This document shows positions 1-14,128 of a stretch of DNA of 64,000 nt, piece after piece; positions within the stretch are counted from its first letter, which is position 1, and the number at the start of each line of letters is the position of its first letter. A model generated the notes under the pieces. The model was not told the DNA's origin and made no database searches. It saw only the letters and a list, made by a program, of their open reading frames with translations. Origin of the DNA: Octopus vulgaris (taxonomy: Eukaryota); contig OX597824.1 of the NCBI GenBank assembly GCA_951406725.2, positions 81,654,001 to 81,718,000 on the forward strand, given 5' to 3'. Position numbers and translations under genes: made by a program.

Positions 1-217
1 TGTGTATATATATATATGTGTGTATATATATATATGCATATATATATATATATAAATATATATATATACACATATATATATATACATATATATATGTGTA
101 TATATATGTATGCATATATATATATATATATATATAGATACATATATATACATATATATATGCATACATATATATATAAATGGATATATATATGCATACA
201 TATATATATATATAAAT

Positions 218-296
<79 letters not shown>
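1..296. repeat. Degenerate (TA)n microsatellite
   Basis: Direct reading. It stands for dozens of (TA)n, (TACA)n, (GATA)n, (CA)n, (GA)n, (ATT)n and (GAA)n tracts in the window, most not listed separately. Confidence 0.95.
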
Positions 297-299
<3 letters not shown>

Positions 300-360
300 G
301 AAGCGGGTGAAACAAACAAGGCGAATTTGAGAGGTTTGGATTGGAAACTCCCGAAATATA

Positions 361-406
<46 letters not shown>

Positions 407-471
407 TATATTTCGGGAGTTTCCAATCCAAACCTCTCAAATTCACCTTGTTTGTTTCACCCGCTTCGTGT
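297..471. repeat. Fold-back inverted repeat (~67-bp arms) with (TA)n spacer
   Basis: cacgaagcgggtgaaac...ccgaaatataatca (297-364) is the reverse complement of tgattatatttcgg...cccgcttcgtg (402-470) with one mismatch. Confidence 0.9.
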
Positions 472-628
472 CTTCATTTCAATTCCAATTTATAATGGTT
501 ATATATATACACAGACATCCTTGATCCTTTTTTATTTCCTCCCCTCCATTTTCCTGTCACTTTTTCTTTCATTACACTTCGTAGTTCCTCTCACCTTTCA
601 CGCTCACATTCTCTCCCCGATCGCTAAT

Positions 629-795
629 TTATAAAAATACATTTCCAGTTATATTTGGTGTAGCGAGACAAAGCTCTCCATTTACTCTCAACGTATATTC
701 TTCGATGATGTGCAAAGCACTGTCATTGGTTCTAATATCGGTCACGTAGACAATGATTGGATGACGATATATCGGTGCAACTGTTATTTTCTGCC
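629..795 (-). CDS. Candidate coding exon, unknown product
   Basis: Acceptor ttgatttacag, then an open phase-1 frame QKITVAPIYRHPIIVYVTDIRTNDSALHIIEEYTLRVNG...VFL* in non-repetitive DNA. No homology recognised. Confidence 0.2.
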
Positions 796-923
796 CTGTA
801 AATCAAGGATTTAAAGGATCCATCTGAGGCTGTAGCTCAAGAATAGAATTTTATCTTCACCCGTCTACCTGTTCCTCTCACACAACATCGCTCACATAAA
901 CTGTCGTGCTGTTTCCATTCATA

Positions 924-1035
<112 letters not shown>

Positions 1036-1047
1036 TATCTATCTATC

Positions 1048-1122
<75 letters not shown>

Positions 1123-1125
<3 letters not shown>

Positions 1126-1568
1126 TGAGAAAGTTGGTTTGTGAAAGCACGTGGTTGAATATATAGAAAATAGTAAAAAGTGAAAAAACTACAGAAGGCT
1201 TATTTTAAAAGGTTAAAAAATATATATTTGAGCCCAGACATAACCATTTCAACATACTTATACAGAGAAATTCACTCCAAAGGAAAGGCAAAAAATTTTA
1301 AGCGATTATCTCCCTTACGCCGGAAGAAATCACTTATTAACTCCCCTTATCTGGAACTCTTCTCAACATAAACATAACGATAACTCTTCTCAACGTAAAC
1401 ATAACGATGTAAGAAATTTGAAAAGCTGAACGCGAAACCGGTCATTTCTTCTAAACTATGTCATTGTAAGAAAAAACTCATAACATTCTTCAGACATATT
1501 GACTCAAATATATATTTTTTAACCTTTTAAAACAAGCCTTCTGTAGTTTTTTTCACTTTTTGCTATTT

Positions 1569-1572
<4 letters not shown>
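1123..1572. mobile_element. PLE pseudo-LTR remnant with inverted arms and decayed hammerhead
   Basis: Inverted arms at ~1165-1232 and ~1501-1570, flanked by (TA)n. Internal aagaaat-TTGAAAA-gctgaacgc-GAAAC-cg-GTC-atttctt at 1411-1450. Confidence 0.55.
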
Positions 1573-1644
<72 letters not shown>

Positions 1645-1669
1645 CATACATATATATATATATATATTT

Positions 1670-2140
1670 GTTTTGCAAGATTTTTAATGCGAAATCGTGT
1701 GTTGAAACAGATATTGTTGTATTTAGGAATGGTCATTTTGCCAGTTTAGCCAATAAAAACACACGCATTATATATTTGGTGTTACTTCGCTTCAGCGTAA
1801 TTTATTTTTTACATTAATCTTAATCTTATTTCGGCCAGAGTTCTTTCGTCACACTACTGTGACCGCATCAGTGGTCCTTTGCTTTCTTCTTTCTTATTTG
1901 TGTGTCTCTCCTTATTAACCGTCAGCCATTTTGTATTTCTATTGTATGTGTCTTCATTTGCGAATGTATCTCTATGTGCGTCTATGTTTAGTTAGTGTGT
2001 ATGTAAGTGGGGAGGGATATGTCTGTAATATTTGTATCTCCTGTTTATATATGTTCGTGTAATTTGTTGTTTTTTTGTTTTTGTTTTGTTTATTTTTATT
2101 TTGTTCATGTGTTTACACCCACTTATTATTATTATTATTA

Positions 2141-2201
<61 letters not shown>

Positions 2202-2215
2202 CATTATCATCATCA

Positions 2216-2265
<50 letters not shown>

Positions 2266-2700
2266 ATAACAATAATAATAATAATAATAAAAATTTTAAA
2301 AAATAATTTATATGTATATAGTTATTTACTTCCATTTGTTTATTTATCTGTGTGTTTTATTTTATCATGTTTTCAGTTTTGTTTATAATTTAACCATTTT
2401 ATGGGGATCCTCTTCTGTCATATGTTGTGGTGTGTGCTAGTGTTCCATTCCAGTTTCCTATTCAGGCTAAGTTTATCTTCTATTGTGTGTAGCTTCCGTA
2501 ATTTGTCTGATTGTTGCGTCTGTTCTAGGTGTGGACAAGATTTTAACTTCTATGTTGTTGATTGAGCCCCCGTGTTCCTGCTCGGTGTGTTGGTACAGAA
2601 CCGATGAGCTCTTTCCTTCCTTAAGTTCTCTCCAATGTCCATTTACCCGCCCTCCTATGCTCCGTGCCGTTTCCCCTACGTATTTTGTTGTCTTGTCCTC
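1670..2700 (-). mobile_element. Penelope-like element 3' fragment (GIY-YIG C-terminus plus pseudo-LTR)
   Basis: Manual minus-strand translation from 2700: KYVGETARSIGGRVNGHWREL...SVLYQHTEQEHGG...IEVKILS...RQITEA, then a frameshift to LSLNRKLEWN. The pLTR part matches 52560-52810 in reverse. Confidence 0.8.
1833..1876 (-). ncRNA. Variant minimal type I hammerhead ribozyme motif
   Basis: gacca-CUGAUGC-g-gucaca(guag)ugugac-GAAAG-aa-CUC-uggcc. Confidence 0.55.
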
Positions 2701-2833
2701 TTTATTTACATATTTATATATATACAGAACTTCTTTTTAAAAATTCATACCGATAATGGTTATATTTCCATACCGAATTCTACCCGGAAATAATTGTTGG
2801 TTTTAAAATTAATAATTATTTACCCATGTATTA

Positions 2834-2902
<69 letters not shown>

Positions 2903-3264
2903 ATGTATGTATATCGGTCTATGTATGTGTATGTATGTATGTATGTATGAGGAGAAGAAATGCATGAATTCAACAATCATCAGACGACATTTGAGTTCCT
3001 TTCTAATCGGATGCAGTGATAATATAAATGTGACAAATAAATGAAAGGAAACGGGGGAAAAAAAAATACTGATCAAGCCATATTACATAATTTAAGATAG
3101 CACAACATCAAAGTATGAATACCATATGCAATTACTAATGACTAAAATTTCACACTGAATAATTTTTACATGATTTACATGATTTATATGATTATGTGTA
3201 AAACGCAACATACTCTTGCCGATCTCAACAAGATATTGGTGCTACGAAGTAATCAATAACTATT

Positions 3265-3312
<48 letters not shown>

Positions 3313-3315
<3 letters not shown>

Positions 3316-3514
3316 GGTCCCGGGTTGAGTCGGGGTTAACCACAGTAAATAAGGTACTCAATACATAGCAGAGTAAAGTAATTTATTTTATAGAAGGAGC
3401 TTCTACAGGACTAGAACTGTTTCATTCAGAATGAAACAGTTCTAGTCCTGTAAACTCCTTCTATAAAATAAAATATATATATATATATATATACTGCTGA
3501 TATTTCTTGGACGA

Positions 3515-3561
<47 letters not shown>

Positions 3562-3758
3562 GGTCCCGGGTTGAGTCGGGGTTAACCACAGTAAATAAGG
3601 TACTCAATACATAGCAGAGTAAAGTAATTTATTTTATAGAAGGAGCTTCTACAGGACTAGAACTGTTTCATTCAGAATGAAACAGTTCTAGTCCTGTAAA
3701 CTCCTTCTATAAAATAAAATATATATATATATATATACTGCTGATATTTCTTGGACGA

Positions 3759-3813
<55 letters not shown>

Positions 3814-4013
3814 GGTCCCGGGTTGAGTCGGGGTTAACCACAGTAAATAAGGTACTCAATACATAGCAGAGTAAAGTAATTTATTTTATAGAAGGAGCTT
3901 CTACAGGACTAGAACTGTTTCATTCAGAATGAAACAGTTCTAGTCCTGTAGAACTCCTTCTATAAAATAAAATATATATATATATATATATACTGCTGAT
4001 ATTTCTTGGACGA

Positions 4014-4068
<55 letters not shown>

Positions 4069-4272
4069 GGTCCCGGGTTGAGTCGGGGTTAACCACAGTA
4101 AATAAGGTACTCAATACATAGCAGAGTAAAGTAATTTATTTTATAGAAGGAGCTTCTACAGGACTAGAACTGTTTCATTCAGAATGAAACAGTTCTAGTC
4201 CTGTAGAACTCCTTCTATAAAATAAAATATATATATATATATATACTGCTGATATTTCTTGGACGAATATAC
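3313..4272. repeat. Four tandem copies of a ~250-bp unit containing a PLE-like fold-back
   Basis: Units start at 3313, 3559, 3811 and 4066 (gtaggtcccggg...). Each contains the palindrome tttattttatagaaggag...ttcattc-a-gaatgaa...ctccttctataaaataaa. Confidence 0.9.
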
Positions 4273-4994
4273 AACTTCTTTAAGTAGCTACAGTGCTCCA
4301 TTCATTGTCTTGCGTGTATGAGTTCGATATATGCCCTGTTCTTTGTTATTAAAATATGGATTTAGTATAGAATATTAAGATTTGCTTAACGTTTTATACG
4401 AATGCATCTATGCAAATATTCTGATCGAGAAAAGATAGGAAATAAATGAGTGTATATGCATATCTTGGGAAATATTGCTATTTCTCCGGCTCCACATCCA
4501 AGCCATTAACTGTCCGTGAACACAAACACGTATATGTATTTGAAGCGCATAAGTGACGGTTGTAAAGCATTCGAAAAGGGGCGCTTTGAGCAGGACACCC
4601 TAAGGCGCTGGCTTCGGAATGGCAGTCACCAGAACCTCAATGAGCAAACCGTCTGCTCTTTCTTTAAAGGTAGCATGCAAGCCATCTGAAGGACTATGAA
4701 GACTCAACTCTACGCAACATCTTTCCTCTTAGACCGTGTAACCCGTACTGTGTAGTGTACGAGAAGGCGTGCAGATCGATTTCGGGTCTGAATCGATATA
4801 TGTCAGTGAGATATGACCTCACAGAGGTCATGACCTGCGGAAGTTGCAATATTTGTGTCATATATGCTCCAAGTTATACAGATCAAAAGTAAATTCATAG
4901 TCCTCTGAAAGGTCAGAGACAGAAGGTCAGGCACGCCAATGTCAACGAGAAAGCTCAGATTGATATCAATAAGCTAGGAAGAGGGAGCAATCGC

Positions 4995-5511
4995 CATATA
5001 TACATACATGCATAAACACATACATACATACGTACTTACGTACATACATGCATACAAATATACATACATGCATACATACATACGTACATACATACATAAA
5101 AACATACATACATGAATACATACGTACGTACGTACATACATACATACATGCGCACATAAGTACGTACGTACATACATACGTACATACATACATACGTACG
5201 ACGTACATACATATATACGTACATACGTAGATACATACATACATACATACGTACGTACATGCATACATACATATGTACGTACGTACATACATACATACAT
5301 ACATACATACATACATACATACATACATACATACGTAAGTACGTACATACATACAAACATACATACATGCATCCATACGTGCGTACGTACGTACATACAT
5401 ACATAGGTACGTGCATACATACATACATATGTACGTACATCATACATACATACGTACGCACATACATACATACCTAGATACATACATACACACATACATA
5501 CATACATGTAT

Positions 5512-5589
<78 letters not shown>

Positions 5590-5605
5590 GCACATGCACA
5601 CACAT
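4995..5605. repeat. (TACA)n/(TACG)n and (CA)n microsatellite complex
   Basis: Direct reading. Confidence 0.95.
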
Positions 5606-5607
5606 AC

Positions 5608-5678
5608 GGCAGTCTGGATAAGCTTGGATTTTTCAGAAAAGCAAATCACCCTACTGAATCGCTCGTTGTAAATGCAAT
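5608..5678 (-). CDS. Candidate internal exon (D)CIYNERFSRVICFSEKSKLIQTA
   Basis: Acceptor ttttactgctccacttccag, donor gcc|gtatgt, 71 nt open, phase 1 in and phase 0 out. Confidence 0.3.
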
Positions 5679-5746
5679 CTGGAAGTGGAGCAGTAAAACT
5701 AGGCAAGACTATTCTCAGGCTTAAAACGTGACATTGGTTTCGTTAC

Positions 5747-5776
5747 CTAACATTCCAATGATGGAGCTTCGTATCT
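5747..5776 (-). CDS. Candidate 30-nt microexon (E)IRSSIIGML
   Basis: Acceptor ggtttctaacag, donor ttag|gtaacg, phase 1-1, with a 68-nt intron to the 5608-5678 candidate. Confidence 0.22.
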   Translation of the reverse strand, partial: RYEAPSLEC

Positions 5777-6359
5777 CTGTTAGAAACCAGCCCTCTCTTA
5801 AGAAGGGGAACATAAATTATTAAATACCGAAGTGACATACAAACATATACATACACACACATACATACATACCTATATACATACATACATACATACATAC
5901 ATACATGCATCCGTGCATGCATGCATACATACATAGATACATACATATATGAGTACGTATATACATATTACATATGTACGTGCGTACATGTTACGTAGTT
6001 GTATGCTTAATGCGAAAACACCTCTGACATATATAGTCTCTCCTGCAATTAGTAAGAGTAGTCTTGGGAATAAAAAAAACATAACTCAAAGCAATGAACC
6101 TTTACCTAATATCATATTCTGTTGTAAAAGATACCATAATTATGGCGCATTGTGGAATATGCATGGCGTTCTTCAAATGAAAAGGAGGTGGAGCAGGAGA
6201 TGTTACAGGAGGAGGAGGACGACGAGAAGGAGGAGGTGAAGAAGAAGAAGAAGAGTGAAAAGAAGGAGAAGAAGAAGAAAAGAAGAAAAAAAGAGAAGAA
6301 AAAGAAAATACAAAAAGGATAGATAGATAGACATGCAGATAGACAGACGTACAAATGTA

Positions 6360-7400
<1,041 letters not shown>

Positions 7401-8081
7401 GATAAAGGAAGAAGGTAAAGTAGAAATGCAAGGTGAAGTGCAAAGATAAGATCATAAAGCTCAATGTGCAGCAAGAAGACTCCAGCTTTTACAAAGGTGC
7501 AGCCTGCTGTTACATAATACTCTGCACATGCAGAATGTCTGCACGGAAGAAGCAAATGTAACTAGGGAAGAATTGCGGTGCGTACGTGCATACACAAACG
7601 CACGTTCACGTAGTCATACAAACAGCAGCATACAGAGATGGTGTTGGCATACATGTAACCACACGCGGTGCACGATGGAAGCAAGACACACCGTATGCAA
7701 ACATTCATGGCGAACAGCATAAAGCGATGCACATGCAATGCGCTCTACTTAAAAATAGTATACGTCACTTATATGAGATCAGCGTGATGCATAGCGCTGC
7801 ATCGTTTTAGAAACATAAATTTTATGTATACATCTTATATAGTTACATGTGTAGGTAACTATATATATGTTTGTACGTCTGCGTGTGTTTGTCTGTATGT
7901 GTGTGAATGTGTGTGTGTGAATGTGTGTGTGTTAATGTGAACATGAGTGTGTGTCTGAATGTACTTATGAATGTATACACGCGTTATGCATTCACACGAC
8001 TCACCATAGAAGACGACGCAGGCTCATCTCCACATACATGCGAATAAGATCACATGTGTGTGTGTATATATATATAAATAT

Positions 8082-8116
<35 letters not shown>

Positions 8117-8130
8117 CGAAAGTATACATG

Positions 8131-8172
<42 letters not shown>

Positions 8173-8232
8173 ATATAAAAATATATATTATATATACATA
8201 TATATATATATATATATTAATATATATACATA

Positions 8233-8288
<56 letters not shown>

Positions 8289-8299
8289 ATCCATGTATG

Positions 8300-8337
<38 letters not shown>

Positions 8338-8346
8338 AATATATAT

Positions 8347-8930
<584 letters not shown>

Positions 8931-9489
8931 GTGTGTGTGCGTGCATGTATATACATATGCTCATATATGTATAAATATTTATATACATTAATATAATTCT
9001 TCATCTGAGTTTATATATACATATACATACATGTTTATATACACATACAGAGATAGGTAGGTTGATAGATAGGTAGATATCCATAGATACACATATATAT
9101 GGCAGCACGTGAGAATCACATGTAGCAAACCATGTTGTTCGTGAACAGATAATGTAATATGACAACACAACTGAAAGAAATAAAGCAGTTTAGTGTAGAA
9201 TAAGGATTAGAACGAATACGCAGGAACTCAATAAATTGGATTGTTCAGCTCTCCTACAGTCTGCGTGTGTGTGGATGTGTGTGCGTGTTTATACCTACAT
9301 GTTTCCAACACATATATATATATATATATCATATTATATTATTTTTGTAATTTACTTAATCTTTACTTTTTAATTGTTATTTTAATTTTAACTTTTCTAT
9401 TATATGTACTTTTCTAGATGGTGTAATTTAATTATTCATTTTTAATTGATAAAAGGTGGTTTTTTTTTAATATTTTATATATATATATA

Positions 9490-10800
9490 TTATATTAAAT
9501 TAGAGATAAAACCACTATTAGGCAAATCAAGCAGTGAAAAACATAAGCCAATACATACATAAAATTAATTTTAAAATATAAAAGTTAAAAATTAAAAAAT
9601 TATTAAAATAATTTAAACTTATAAATTTTAAATATATATATACAAATATATATATATATATACATGTATGTATATTTTTATATTTATGCATTATTTTGTT
9701 TATTAATTGATTAATTAATTTATTTATTTTTTATTTAATTATTTTTTTTTTTAAATATAAATATCAAAAGTATTAAAAGTTTAATAAAAGATAAAGAGTA
9801 AAACCCTACGATCGTTTCGTGGCTGTACCAATTCGAATAACTATAATTTAAATTCAGTTAATAATTTGAGTTATGGTTACAGTCAATCTTCAGGTTAATT
9901 GAAATATTTTTTAAATAATCAGAAATATTTAAACAATATTTTTAAGATATAAATAATATAATAATTTTACTTATAATAAACGCTATTATCAAACTAGAAA
10001 CTTAAAACTTAATAATTATGATTATATCAAAATCGATTATAATGTTAAATATTAATTTTAATTTTTAAGGTAAGAAACCCACCGATAATCTAATGTCAGT
10101 AATAGTCTATATCTAATTACATAAATATTTTAAAAAAAATGACTATTATATATAAAAAATTATCAATGGATATATATAAAAAATTATCAATGGATATATA
10201 TAAATGTATATGAATATTATAATTAAGATCTAAAATAATCTCTATAAATAAATATATATGCACATATAATAAAAACCTAATAAATTAATATTTCATATTT
10301 AAAGATGAAATATCTAAATTCAAAAATACAAACAAACAAACTTGAACGAACTTTCGGAAATCTTATTTAAAATACTTATAGAAATAATCAATTCGTAGTT
10401 ATATAATATCGAATAAATACTATAAATACTATAAATATATTTATCAATGGCAAATATCAAATTAAAAAGACAATAACTAAGTTATGCTATTAAGTTAGAC
10501 ATGGCGTGGACCAATCTTTGGTTGAAACATATCTAAGTTTATCTAATTTTAATTATGAGAAATTTAAAGCAACAATTAATACTATTAATACATGTATATA
10601 CATAAATCTAACTTTAGACAACTTGTAATCTTGCTATCAAACAACATATCTATCGCTAAGTAATATCTTACGAATAAACTTAAATTTAATATGTAATAAT
10701 TATATAGAAAATTACGATAATTAGATCATTACATAAACAACAATATTTACATAAGAAAAATATTATTACACCAAAGACTTATAAATATTAAAATTTAAAA
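9490..10800 (-). mobile_element. Extremely AT-rich probable PLE-derived element carrying a hammerhead motif
   Basis: Starts at a (TA)n and contains the hammerhead at 9801-9897. Boundaries are approximate. Confidence 0.45.
9801..9897 (-). ncRNA. Type I hammerhead motif with long stem II insertion
   Basis: aac-CUGAAGA-uugacuguaacca...ugguacagccac-GAAAC-gauc-GUA-ggguuu; stem I is imperfect. Confidence 0.6.
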
Positions 10801-10821
10801 TTTAAAGAATATATATATACA

Positions 10822-11225
10822 GGCGTAGGAGTGGCTGTGTAGTAAGTAGCTTGCTTACGAGCGATATGGCTCCGGGCTCAGTCCCACTCTGTGGCACCTT
10901 GGGCAAGTGTCTTCTACAATAGCCTCGGGGCGGCCAAATACATGTGAGTGGATTTGGTAGAGGGAAACTGAAAAAAGCCCGCCGTATATATGTATATATA
11001 TGTATGTGTGTATGTGTATATGTTTGTGTGTCTGTGTTTGTCCCCCCACCTCCAACATCGCTTGACAACCGATGCTGGTGTGTTTACGTCCCCGTATCTT
11101 AGCGGTTCGGCAAATGAGACTGATAAAATAAGTACTAGGCTTACAAAGAATAAGTCCTGGTGTCGATTTCCTCAACTAAAGGCGGTGCTCCAGCATGGCC
11201 AAAATGACTGAAACATGGAAAAGAG
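10822..11225 (+). mobile_element. SINE family A (tRNA-derived, CORE-like), full length
   Basis: Head ggcgtaggagtggctgtgt(g)gtaag...ggttcagtccc (A/B-box-like), gtggcaccttgggcaagtg core, internal microsatellite, tail ccagcatggcc...gactgaaac. Many copies in the window. Confidence 0.85.
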
Positions 11226-11289
11226 GTACATGTAGATATTTTAACGCATGTATATGCATGGCCGTATGTATAGTACATTACCAAGATGA

Positions 11290-11660
11290 CAACGCTGTGC
11301 ACGCGAGAAGCTTCATGGTTTTTTATTTCATTCACAACCAGAAATAAAGATACCTTATTACTCCTACGAAGGAGACCTTTTGTTCTCACGTGTCTTGAAG
11401 AGAACCTCCAACTGTGGTCGGCGCTGAGCGTCAAATTGCTGACGGAACTTGTAGCAATACACCGTCACTACAGAAAGAATATTGACTTAGCGTTACAGAT
11501 GAACAATTGGGAGATGTTCAAAGAACTCAAGCTTTATTCCCTAAGGAGAAAGCGACTGAATATATGCAATGATATGCACATGGAAGTGTCTATCCCCCAA
11601 GTTTGAAAATAACGCTATGAAAACTACCGAAGTGGACGGCACTGCGTAATACCAAATTTT
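11290..11660 (+). pseudogene. CR1-type LINE ORF2 C-terminal relic
   Basis: FTTRNKDTLL...LEENLQLWSA...EL.AIHRHY...NWEMFKELKLYSLRRKR resembles the CR1 post-RT motif LEY..QLWSP...ELE.IQR...YWERLK.L.LYSLERRR. Confidence 0.6.
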
Positions 11661-11787
11661 ACCTGGAGTGATATATGAATATTACGAAAAATAAGTCCTG
11701 GGGTTGATTTGCTCGACTAAAGTCGGTTCTCCAGCATATGGCCACAGTTAAATGACTGAAATAAATAAAAAGAAATATATATATATA

Positions 11788-12205
11788 GGCGCAGGAGTGG
11801 CTGTGTGGTAAGTAGCTTGCTAACCAACCACATGGTTCCGGGTTCAGTCCCACTGCGTGGCATCTTGGGCAAGTGTCTTCTGCTATAGCCCCGGGCCGAC
11901 CAATGCCTTGTGAGTGGATTTGGTAGACGGAAACTGAAAGAAGCCTGTCGTATATATGTATATATATATGTATGTGTGTGTGTTTGTGTGTCTGTGTTTG
12001 TCCCCTAACATTGCTTGACAACCGATGCTGGTGTGTTTACGTCCCCGTCACTTAGTGGTTCGGCAAAAAGAGACCGATAGAATAAGTACTGGGCTTACAA
12101 AAAGAATGAGTCCCGGGGTCGAGTTGCTCGACTAAAAGTCGGTGCTCCAGCATGGCCGCAGTCAAAATGACTGAAACAAGTAAAAGAATAAAGAATAAAA
12201 GAAAA
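11788..12205 (+). mobile_element. SINE family A, full length (3' fragment of another copy at 11690-11772)
   Basis: Near-identical to the reverse complement of 56730-57132. Confidence 0.88.
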
Positions 12206-12527
12206 GAATATACTACCAAAAAAACATGATTTTTATTGAACTCATAATACTTTTTGTAGTCCGGTTCTGAATACTTTCTTAAATACTTTCTTGTAAACTA
12301 TTTTTAACATTTTCTTATTATCAAAGAATGTATAACTGTATTTTAATACTCTTGTGATAACCAGTACTTAACACAACAAAGCTTATACAAAGCTTTACAT
12401 TTTACTTTTAACAATCTTTTTCTAAAAAAGTGATACAGGTCAAGTGAATAATCATCTTTAAAATTGCATTTTTACACCTTCTTTCATATATATTTCCACT
12501 CGTGCGCTACCTTACAACTTTACTTTG

Positions 12528-12590
<63 letters not shown>

Positions 12591-12592
<2 letters not shown>

Positions 12593-12795
12593 TAATCCAA
12601 ACATGAAAACACAAAGAGAAAACACAACACGAGGACGTGGAACAAATATAGTATTATTGGACGCTCAGGAAGGAAGGGAAGAAGGAGAGTTTAACGTTTC
12701 GAGCGGAGCTCTTCGTCAGAAACATAGGAAAAGGCAAGATCCAGAGAAGGGAAGACGGAGGGAAACAAATCGCCAACGGTACACACGCGGTCACA
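12591..12795 (-). mobile_element. PLE pseudo-LTR copy ('gttaatccaaac' family)
   Basis: Multi-copy in the window, abuts (TA)n, carries a hammerhead. Confidence 0.7.
12689..12723 (-). ncRNA. Minimal type I hammerhead ribozyme motif
   Basis: guuu-CUGACGA-a-gagc(ucc)gcuc-GAAAC-GUU-aaac; palindromic AACGUU stem III. Confidence 0.7.
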
Positions 12796-13435
12796 TGTAT
12801 GTATATATATATACATTTATGTTTATAGATACATGTGTATAAATATATATATATTTGGAAGCATACATGTGTGTGCGTGTATACGTAAGTGAGGCAAATT
12901 TGACCTCGGAAAGGCAGCTTTTTTTTCCCAGTGCTCTTACTTTCTCTCAGTTCGCTGAAGATAAATATTGATAATAATTATAATTATAATGAAAAAGAAT
13001 AAATTTTAACTGGAGTGACATTTGAATATTACAACAGAAACATCATCAACGTCATCAACAACAACATTATGAATGAAACTGAGAAGAAAACGTCAAAAAT
13101 AAATATACAAAATAAAATATCAAATCAATAGATCGACCAAAAATAAAGAGATTTCAGTAAATCGTCATCAAATTCAAGGTCAAGTAACAAGCAAACATGA
13201 TGACATTTACCGTAACGATGGTTAAATAGGGATTTCAACATAGGTGAGAAATACAGGAGCAATTCGGAAGAAAGTGGTGGTGGCGATGGTGGTGGTAGTG
13301 CTGGTAGCATTAATAGTGTTGGTGGTGGTGGTGTTGATGATGGTGATCTGGGGTAGTGGTGTGAATACTTCTTATGGTGGAGATGGTACTGATGTTGGTG
13401 TTGGTGGTGGTGGTTGTGGTGAAGGTGATGGTTGT

Positions 13436-14128
13436 GGTGGTAGTGCTGGTGGTTTTGATTGTAGTTGTGGTGGTAGTGCTGGTGGTTTTGATTGTAGTTG
13501 TGGTGGTAGTGCTGGTGGTTTTGATTGTAGTTGTGGTGGTAGTGCTGGTGATTTTGATTGTAGTTGTAGTGGTAGTGCTGGTGGTTTTGATTGTAGTTGT
13601 GGTGGTAGTGCTGGTGGTTTTGATTGTAGTTGTGGTGGTAGTGCTGGTGGTTTTGATTGTAGTTGTGGTGGTAGTGCTGGTGGTTTTGATTGTAGTTGTG
13701 GTGGTAGTGCTGGTGGTTTTGATTGTAGTTGTTGTGGTAGTGCTGGTGGTTTTGATTGTAGTTGTGGTGGTAGTGCTGGTGGTTTTTATTGTAGTTGTTG
13801 TGGTAGTGCTGGTGGTTTTGATTGTAGTTGTGGTGGTAGTGCTGGTGGTTTTGATTGTAGTTGTGGTGGTAGTGCTGGTGGTTTTGATTGTAGTTGTGGT
13901 GGTAGTGCTGGTGATTTTGATTGTAGTTGTGGTGGTAGTGCTGGTGGTTTTGATTGTAGTTGTGGTGGTAGCGCTGGTGGTTTTGATTGTAGTTGTGGTG
14001 GTAGTGCTGGTGGTTTTTATTGTAGTTGTTGTGGTAGTGCTGGTGGTTTTGATTGTAGTTGTGGTGGTAGTGCTGGTGGTTTTGATTGTAGTTGTGGTGG
14101 TAGTGCTGGTGGGTTTGATTGTAGTTGT
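13436..14128. repeat. 33-bp minisatellite, 21 copies
   Basis: Unit ggtggtagtgctggtggttttgattgtagttgt with few variants. Confidence 0.95.
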
